Origin: Salisapilia sapeloensis CBS 127946
Lineage: Eukaryota; Protista; Oomycota
DNA length: 64,000 nucleotides
Assembly: GCA_023334545.1 (NCBI GenBank)
Contig: JAADVB010000056.1
Span: 23,211 to 87,210, forward strand
Reading direction: 5' to 3'
Position 1 is the stretch's first letter, and every line of letters begins with the position of its first letter. The notes under the pieces were generated by a model that saw only the letters and a program-made list of their open reading frames with translations, was not told the origin of the DNA and did no database searches. Positions 56,070 through 64,000 of the stretch are shown here, piece by piece. The translations under genes were made by a program, and so were the position numbers.

Positions 56070-57565
56070 ATGACCACTCAATGGACAGCAGACGCCTAAG
56101 AAGGATTCTCCCTCTCAGAGGAAAAGAAAGCTAATTGTAAGCTCACCGCCATGATACTCGTTCACGAAGCATTCCGACTCTATCAAAAGTCCGACCAGTC
56201 GGTACCTCGAGAAATGGACAGCAAGCGGTGGAAACCAATCAAGTCATTCAACAATGTGACCATGTACCGGGAGCGGAGCCCTTCGCGAAGAGTAGTGAAA
56301 GACTCCTAGAATAATAGTGCTGAATGGCAAGTACCTCGTGTCATCGTTGGCCATGGGATGATAGAAAGCAATGTGGATGATCTCTTATTTGGTCTTGTGA
56401 ACGGTGATGAGGCAGCTAGTTTGCAGAGTGCAAAATATGCTGGACAACCGAAGACGAATGCCCAGGTTCTCGAGGCGATTGAGAAGCCAAGTTTGGAGCA
56501 TCCATATCGCTCTAGTACTCTCCAATGGCATAATGCTAGTCTAAGTCCAGCACTTCGAGGAATTGTCAAAGACCGAGATGCCGTCTACATTCGGGCGACA
56601 GGAGTCCTCCAAGTAAAGGCAAGCGCATTGGGTATAATCTAGAACATTCAGTTGATTTACCATCCACTCAACCACTTGAAGACCGGGGGATCATACGATC
56701 CCGTGCTTCGTCTTGTGTCCTTTTCATACCCACTTCGGATCAATCCATTGAAGTGTTCGCCAAAGCATATTATGAAGTGTTTGGAAACAACCTCCTCGAC
56801 TCGATTGCTGTGGTCACCTTGGCCAGTGCACTCATGGACAATTGGTTCTCTGCCTATTGTGCAAAACTGAAGAAACCCTCATGGCTCCTTCAGAGGAAAA
56901 GTGTGAACAAGGATGATGTCGTCAGCATTATTGGCAACGAGGAAGCTGAAAATAAGTCGAACTGTGGGTCTTTCAAGAAAAAGTTCGGGCCCTTACGCAA
57001 AGTTTACCCGTGCACCTTGTGTGATATATCCATTTGTGGGAAATGCATTCTTCCCATGGAGCTACTCGAGGTCGAGCCCAAATTAAAACTGGCAGTCAAG
57101 AAGGTTCTCCTCTGCCCCACGTGCAACAAACTTGTCAGCCAAGTCAATTCGTATCAAGTTGCCCGACAAGAAATTATGGCTGGAAGATATAGAAAGGATG
57201 ATAGTGGATCCACCACCGTCGAGCCATCCAGGATCTCTCAACTCACAGAGGACACGAGTGCTCTGATGAACAAAGAATCCTGCGCTGGGGAAGTCTATGA
57301 GTTTGACTCGGATCAACTTAGTCCTTCGACTGAAGACTCGTTGAATGCCTTTGCTCAGCTGACATCGTCCACTGATACCTCTCAGGTTGTCGAGTTCAAA
57401 AAGAGATCTTCTGGTGAAGATATTGGTCATCAAGAGGCTGGAAACGACGGAGAGAAATTGGAAGTTCTGATTGAAAATGTGTGGAGGGGTAGCATCTCGG
57501 AACTTGATTTGAAATACCAAGAGCGTGATCGCCAACTGGCATGGCTAAAGATGACTGAGCAATGA
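56070..57565 (+). pseudogene. START-FYVE family pseudogene (TAA at 56097, TAG at 56307, frameshift near 56610)
   Basis: Reading through gives RWKPIKSFNNVTMYRERS, GMIESNVDDLLFG, HPYRSSTLQW, KDRDAVYIRATG, then after the shift KRIGYNLEHSVDLP...EVFAKAYYEVFG and a partly degenerate FYVE. Confidence 0.8.
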
Positions 57566-58187
57566 CTTCGACAAAATTACTAGATCACTACAGGACTATA
57601 GAGCGAATTGAAAAGTGACGTTCAAAACGCAAACGTTAGATGGAAAGATTTTTATATTCATTAGTAGTTGGACTGTTTAGCAAATATGCTCAACTGTGGT
57701 CCTTTTCAATACACTTTGCCTGTAGTTTGAATTGTATTGCTACCGTTTAAATCATTGCAATCGATAAAGGCTGTGGGTGTAGGACAAATAAGCTCACCAC
57801 TAGACGAAGCCACCTCGCGAATCATATCTCCTATCAATTGATCCCCTCGGATCGCACTTTGCCCGCTGCCTACCATTTCGCTAGTCTCAAATCTATCTAC
57901 TACCGATACTCTAGCGCGGCTACCATTCAATACGCCCGCTTAAGCATCAAGCGCCATTCTCGAGACGAGTTACTCTGGTACTCCTATCATGCAGACCACT
58001 TACGAGCTCCACAAGCTTACGCGTTGCTACCAGCAGACATACAACTCTTGATGATCTGTGACGTCACCAAGCAGCATGATTTGACCATCAGGACACCGTC
58101 ATATATAAAGTTGGTTGTACTGTCCCGACTCTTTTTGAAACTCACCAAGCAGAAATCGATCCTTATCATCCACTAATTCGATTCGCC

Positions 58188-60017
58188 ATGCTCCGTCGAG
58201 TGCTCCAGCGTTCTGCCTCCTCCTTCCGCCCTGCGGCCTTTGCTGCCCGTCCGTTCTCTGCTGCTTCAGGGGAGGGACTCGCCAAGACCGGGTATGCTGA
58301 CCCTCGTAGCGAGAAGTTCTCGATGACCAAGATCGTCGGTACGATCGGTCCCGTGTCGGAGCAGTACGAGATGCTGCAGAGCCTTACGGATGAAGGACTG
58401 CGCATCATGCGTATCAACTTTTCTCACGCCGAGTACAGCGAAGCTCAACTGCGTACGTATTTCTCCCTTTCCTCTATGGTCTAGCTGCATTGGGTTGGAA
58501 GACATGCTGATCGGAATCGCATTTATGTGTCATTATGTCGGGTGCCATCTCTTCACCTCATCTTCCATGCTTTTCCAACGTGTCTTCCCTCTCGATCTCC
58601 CATACCACCCACCTGTCGACACTTATTAACATTGTGCCACTCGACCCAATCACTTGCTTCTCTCTGGCACTTTTAAGCAGGCATAGATAACCTACGCGCA
58701 TGCCGAGGCGTCCACTGGAGTCCGTCACGCAGCTTTAACCTGCGTGGCGTCCTCCACGACACCAAGGGTCCGGAGATCCGTACCGGTAAGATGGCTGGCG
58801 GCGACAAGATTTTGCTTGAGAAGGGCAAAGAGATCACGCTGACGACGGACCCGGCGTTCGAGCTTGAGGGCACGGCCGACAAGATCTACATCTCATACGA
58901 CAAGCTCTCCTCGACGGTCAAGAAAGGCGACACCGTCCTCTTGTCGGACGGTCTCATCCACCTCACTGCGCTCGACGTGAACGAAAGCGCGCAGGAAGTG
59001 CACTGTGTGATCAACAACACGGAGAAGCTGGGCAACCGCAAGGGTGTCAACCTCCCTGGTCTCAAGGTCGACCTCCCAGCTCTGTCCGAGAAGGACAAGC
59101 AAGACCTCGACTTTGGCATCAGCAAAGACATTGACTTTATCGCCGCATCTTTCATCCGTAAGGCGAGTGACGTCCACGAGATCCGTGCGTTCGTCGACAC
59201 TTGCATCAGCAAGTACCATGACCCGAAGACGTACATTGCGCCCAAGATCTTGTCCAAGATTGAGAACTTGGAAGGTATCCAGAACTTTGAAGAGGTCTTG
59301 GAAGCTTCCGACGGTATCATGGTTGCGCGTGGTGACCTCGGTGTTGAAGTGCCGTACCAAAAGGTGCTGACGTACCAAAAGTACATGGTCGAGATGTGCA
59401 ATGCCGTCGGCAAGCCAGTGATTGTCGCGACGCAGATGCTCGAGTCGATGCTCAAGAATCCGCGCCCGACACGTGCTGAAGTCTCGGACGTCGGTAACGC
59501 TGTCTTGGACGGCGCAGACGCCGTGATGCTCAGTGGTGAAGTCGCGAACGGCGACTACCCGGTGGAAAGTGTGCGTACGATGATGTCGGTGGTGAAGGAA
59601 GCGGACTCGCTTCTGGCCGACACGCCGCCACAGTTCGACTGGAGCGAGACGACGTCGGATGTCGCGAGTGTCGCTGGCTCGGCCGTCAAGACTGCGTTCG
59701 AGATGGACGCGCAGTTGATCATCGTCCTCACAGACACTGGTGACACTGCTCGTCAGGTCGCCAAGTACCGTCCGACGGTGCCGGTCATGTGCTTTACGCA
59801 CAACAAAAAGGTCGGCCGTCAGCTCCAGATGCACCGTGGCCTGTACCCGGTGGTACCGGAGAACGCCGACAAGCGACCGGAGAGTGCCGAGGCAATTGTT
59901 GCCGCCAAGCAAATGGGCTGGCTGCAGAAGGGCGACCGCGTGGTCATGCTCAGCGACGACAAGCTGACGGACGATTTGGCTAAGCAGATCGTCATGCGCG
60001 TCGCCGACGTCGCGTAA
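58188..60017 (+). CDS. PK: Pyruvate kinase with a mitochondrial-type presequence, 2 exons (intron 58453-58680)
   Basis: TKIVGTIGP, RINFSH, DTKGPEIRTG, KGVNLPG, KIENLEG, IMVARGDLGVE, ATQMLESM..PRPTRAEVSDV, DAVMLSGE. N-terminus MLRRVLQRSASSFRPAAFAARPFSA. Confidence 0.96.
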
Positions 60018-60156
60018 ACGTAGCTTGTAGGCAGGAAACATGCAATTTCGTTCTGTCTTATAAATGATCTTGTTCAAGTCGATAGAAGGGAGGTACGAAG
60101 ACAGTATAAAGGAGTTTTCATTGATTCGTGACGTCTCGTGTGGCCTCTTGATCAAT

Positions 60157-62331
60157 CTAGTGGTGGTGGTCGCACGTCTTGCACTTCTTGTTCCACACTT
60201 GCGTCGTGTGAGCGACGAACATGGGGCAGTTGCATGCTCGACAAGGGCCCATGATCGACGCCCGACGCAGCGACTCTTGCTTGTGCATCTCGATACCGCG
60301 CATGGCGTTCGCGATCGCCTGGTACAAGGGCTTGGCGGCGTTCGGCTGCTCGACGTAGCCTCCCAAGATCTCGCTCGGCTGTAAGTCACGTCCGTAGAAC
60401 TTGCGATTGAGATCGTTGCGAGCGGTGATCACAGCGCCTTGGAGTGAGATGCCGGCGTAAAAGCCTTTGCTCTGCGAGTAGCTGTAGTTGGCATTGAGAC
60501 CGCTGGCACTGGCACTCGCGGCGGCTTCGGCGGATCGACCGAACGGACCGACCGTCAAGTCCAAGCCAGCGCCGATGTTGATCTGCGGCTTGTGGAACAC
60601 TTTCAACGCGCCTTCCGACCCAAGGATGATCATGACTTCCACGAGTTCACCGCCGATTTCAAATCCACCGCCAAGACCGACGGTGCCGATGGCAGAAGGA
60701 GCAGACCATTGGCCGTTTGCGAGCTTCCCGATCACGAGACCAGTGCCGATTTTACCAGTGACGAGGAATCCCGCTTTGAAGATAGTGAGGACGGCGATAC
60801 CATGCGCCTTCTCAAGGAACTTAACCGGGATGGCGCGATCGGCAGCAGAGCCCCAGTCGTCACGGAAGAAGTTACCAATGATGTCGGCAGCGTTGTTGCA
60901 CTCTTTCATGAGATCGGACGAGTACGGCATGTGGATTCGACCGGACGCCTGGTGCGCATTGTCATTACGAGATCTGGCGAACTGCGCTACAAGCTGGTCT
61001 TGATACGGCTCGACCTTGGGTGCACAGCTGATGCATACGCGCTGTGGGAGCGACGGATCGTACGTCTTTGCGTGCTCGTACTTCATGTTCTCCGGCACCA
61101 TGAACCACACGGGTGAGCAGTTGCTGCACACTGCTTGGCCACATACGCGACACTGGTGTCGGCGCTTGGTCACATCAAAGCGGACAAAGCAAATATCACA
61201 ATTCGGGTGATCTGCATATCGGCCGGTCATCATGCCTTTCCCGCCTGCCGTCTGCTGATGGTGTGGATCGGGACCTGGGCCGACAAAGGACCCGCGGTCG
61301 TCCGTGCTGGACTGCGACTGGAAGCTCTGCATGCGAACGCCGTGGAATGAAGAGCCTTGCTGCGCAGCGTATTCGACTAGTTCCTTGCGCTTGTTGTCAT
61401 CTGGAATGAGTTTCGCCAAGTTCGGGACAAACTCTTGCGTGTGTTCCGGTCCGAGCTCGACCACGAGGCTATTGTAAAAGTCTTGCACGGCCATTTGTTG
61501 CAGTCCAAAGGCGCGGCAGTTTTGCTTGAACGCCTTGACACCCTGGTCGTTGTGACCTCCTCGAGCTGCACGTATCGTGCTCACGCAATCCTCATACACT
61601 TCCTGCGCTTCTTCGCCTGTCGCCGCAGACGGCACAGTCACTTTAGCGACTGGCGGAGTTGGTGCTAGGTCTGGTTGTTCTTTTGACGGCCAGGCACTGG
61701 CGTTCGGACCGGCTTGAGCTGGTGGCGGCGGCGCTAGGTCTGGCTGTGCCTTTCCATTGAAGCTGTTATTCGCCTGCGGAGGTCGCGGTGGCTGCCACGA
61801 GTTCTGGCTAGAGAACGAGTTGCTGTTGTTGTTCCCGTTGGAAGAGTTGGTGTTGTGCGCTGGCGCGGCTTGCGGCGCATAGTCCGGCTGTGCTTTTACG
61901 CTAAAGCTATTGTCTGCCTGAGGAGGTCGCGGTGGTTGCCATGAGTTCTGACTAGAATAGGAGTTTCCGTTGCTACTATTCGCGTTGGCAGCGTACGCGT
62001 TGTACGCCGTCGCGGCTTGCGGTGCATAATTTCGATACGCTTCCGCGTAGTTTTGCGGCTGTGTTCCGTTGCTATTAAAGAGTGCATTGGGATGCCCTCC
62101 ATTGCTACTATTGAACGAGTTAGCCATAGCGCGCACACTACCGGCCGGTAAGGCGTTCCCATTGTTAGCGTTGGACAAGTACTGGTGAGCTTGTTCGACT
62201 TGGTTTGGCGCCAAGGTTGCCATGGGCGGCTGCGAAGCGGATGCCTCGGCATCGTTATATCTGGTACCGCACTCGGCGCAGAACTTGCCGCCCTCGGCCC
62301 TTGTGCCACACTCGGAGCAAAATTTGGCCAT
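60157..62331 (-). CDS. Multi-domain FYVE + SYLF (Ysc84/SH3YL1 lipid/actin-binding) protein with N- and C-terminal zinc-ribbon-like motifs
   Basis: N-terminal FCSECG..FCAECG; Asn/Pro/Gln-rich linker; helical domain; FYVE RRHQCRVCGQAVCSNCS; SYLF KAGFLVTGKIGTGLVI..WSAPSAI..GGGFEIGGE..YSYSQSKGFYAGISLQG; C-terminal CRACNC..CKTCDH. Confidence 0.88.
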   Translation of the reverse strand: MAKFCSECGTRAEGGKFCAECGTRYNDAEASASQPPMATLAPNQVEQAHQYLSNANNGNALPAGSVRAMANSFNSSNGGHPNALFNSNGTQPQNYAEAYRNYAPQAATAYNAYAANANSSNGNSYSSQNSWQPPRPPQADNSFSVKAQPDYAPQAAPAHNTNSSNGNNNSNSFSSQNSWQPPRPPQANNSFNGKAQPDLAPPPPAQAGPNASAWPSKEQPDLAPTPPVAKVTVPSAATGEEAQEVYEDCVSTIRAARGGHNDQGVKAFKQNCRAFGLQQMAVQDFYNSLVVELGPEHTQEFVPNLAKLIPDDNKRKELVEYAAQQGSSFHGVRMQSFQSQSSTDDRGSFVGPGPDPHHQQTAGGKGMMTGRYADHPNCDICFVRFDVTKRRHQCRVCGQAVCSNCSPVWFMVPENMKYEHAKTYDPSLPQRVCISCAPKVEPYQDQLVAQFARSRNDNAHQASGRIHMPYSSDLMKECNNAADIIGNFFRDDWGSAADRAIPVKFLEKAHGIAVLTIFKAGFLVTGKIGTGLVIGKLANGQWSAPSAIGTVGLGGGFEIGGELVEVMIILGSEGALKVFHKPQINIGAGLDLTVGPFGRSAEAAASASASGLNANYSYSQSKGFYAGISLQGAVITARNDLNRKFYGRDLQPSEILGGYVEQPNAAKPLYQAIANAMRGIEMHKQESLRRASIMGPCRACNCPMFVAHTTQVWNKKCKTCDHHH
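61729..61965 (-). repeat. Intragenic 93-nt direct duplication (61873-61965 and 61729-61821)
   Basis: NSYSSQNSWQPPRPPQADNSFSVKAQPDYAP versus NSFSSQNSWQPPRPPQANNSFNGKAQPDLAP; a third partial QPDLAP copy follows. Confidence 0.85.
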
Positions 62332-64000
62332 TTTCTTCTCGAGCTATTTGATGGCGAAATGCGTTGGAAGAAGGTTTCGAACCTGTATACAAAGTAGGTG
62401 GTGGTCGAAATGGCTTTTTTCAAGAATGGTGATTGGGTCACGCGTCCGGCGTAATCCTGCGATATTTCGACACGAAACATCTTGCGGACTTTGGGGTGCA
62501 AGGTAGAGACGGAAGTATTGAATGGAAGGACTTTTGGAGAAACGGTTCGGATATGTCGATATATGGGATATTGCGTTTCTGTATTTGTATGATTAGAAGG
62601 GTGGTGGTCCTTATTGGTCAAGCGTAGGTAGAATGGATCGATGCGTACTTCATGTGGAGAGGCGACTTGGGAGATGAAACCTTCAAGTAACTGGCAAAGT
62701 GACGCATACACTATATAAACGATAGCACTTTCTGCGCGTAGTTTGGTCATGGATAGCTCGTAGGCCCTTTAAATGAAGTTGATTGGACATCACATAGCTA
62801 GGTGGTGACATAGTAGAAACAAGAAAGCAAAAAGCTTTTGTGTGCTCCTTTCAGCGATGAATAGTACGAAGACGAGAGGAAGATCCACGTTCTGCATGGA
62901 GTTCTGTTGCAATTATCAAGACTGTACGTGCGGCAAAGATACTAGCTCTAATCATCGTTTTCATGCGCTAATTAGATTTGGAATTCATTGAGTGTTTAAA
63001 CCTGCTTTTCTTTAGCCTTCGACGAATAGCTGGTCTAGCAAAGACACCTTCCCGCGGGCATAACAATGGTGGCAAAATGAGTCTAAAGAGGAGCCAAGCG
63101 CTAGATAGGTTAGCTCAAGGCAGAAAATCCATTCTTGAAACTTGCCACCAAGTTTTCAATGTTATTGGACAAAGCTGACCAGCTTTCAAATGAATGGATA
63201 TTTAGCATACTCCATAGGAAATATATTCCATGCAAGACGCGAATGCGGTAATTGCGTAGACTTAAACTTCATCCTAGTAATCGAGACTTTATATTATCAC
63301 AACGCTGTGCTACTTGAGAATGTGAGAGTAAAAGTTGCTAGTCAATCAATTAAGAGCTAGTTTAATATAAGCAATATTGAATAATATAAAAGGTCTGTGC
63401 GATGGAAAGAAATGCATAAATGTCTATCGGATCTGATCTTACGAACGCAAAGAAGAAGGATCAAGAAGTGCTGTTCCCAACCCCATTAAATTTCAACATC
63501 TGAAACGATTCCGGTTAGAGAACAAACTTTATAGTTGTGGTAGCACTGCTGAAGCAGTATATACAACAATCCATTCCACTGCAAACGCAGTATTACGTCG
63601 CCATCCACGGCATCGCCTTCGACCGAATTCCCACCATGGGTTGCTGCACTTTTTTACACGACTTGCTTTGTATGGTGCGTCTGGTGCACATACTTCGTGG
63701 TGATGTGCGTTTTGATGGTTGACAGCTCATCGGCAGAAATGTGGCTTGGGTCGCTACTCACAGCTATAGTGGTAACCTACGTTGTCAGCGACCCTTTTCG
63801 AATCCGACTATCGTCGGGACCTAACCCCTTCATTATGTTTCAAATTGACATCACTTTAATTTGACAGACAAACTGAAAATATCTTGGGCATGAAATTGAT
63901 GGCAAAAGGCTGCACATGCCTCTGAAGTAGACGTAAAAGATGTACCCATCCAATAAAGTGAATGTTCAAGCAGGGTTAGGGCAGATCCCCACAATGATAG

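Noticed and set aside
63760-63810. A-box-like GCTATAGTGG and B-box-like TTCGAATCC
   Set aside because: Spacing is too short and no cloverleaf stems form; not a tRNA.

Overview
Eukaryotic, gene-dense genomic DNA in the standard genetic code, most likely from an oomycete. This is inferred from the START-FYVE fusion family, a helicase-associated-repeat family, FYVE-SYLF, and a mitochondrial-type pyruvate kinase. I find about 22 protein-coding genes. Several are spliced with very short (~50 nt) GTAC...TAG introns that the ORF track breaks up or misses: VAMP7, ATAD2-like, a DUSP, CBS, a Myb gene, LisH-WD40, an FtsH-like ATPase and pyruvate kinase. There are three pseudogenes of multi-copy families (HA-repeat, ankyrin, START-FYVE) decaying mainly by stop codons compatible with C:G>T:A changes. 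AT-rich decayed spacers lie between the gene blocks. No rRNA, tRNA, CRISPR array or intact transposon was recognised. The best leads are: an unannotated C/D-box snoRNA candidate whose 11-nt guide matches 18S rRNA; a stand-alone Trl1/Rnl1-type RNA ligase; two intronless hydrolases that look horizontally acquired (bacterial-type and fungal-type); and a possible RIP-like or deamination-driven C>T bias. That bias may also explain TAG-dominated splice acceptors (17 of 19) and perhaps the TAG-rich stop usage (13 of 21 intact genes TAG, none TGA). All family assignments come from motif recognition by eye; no database searches were run.
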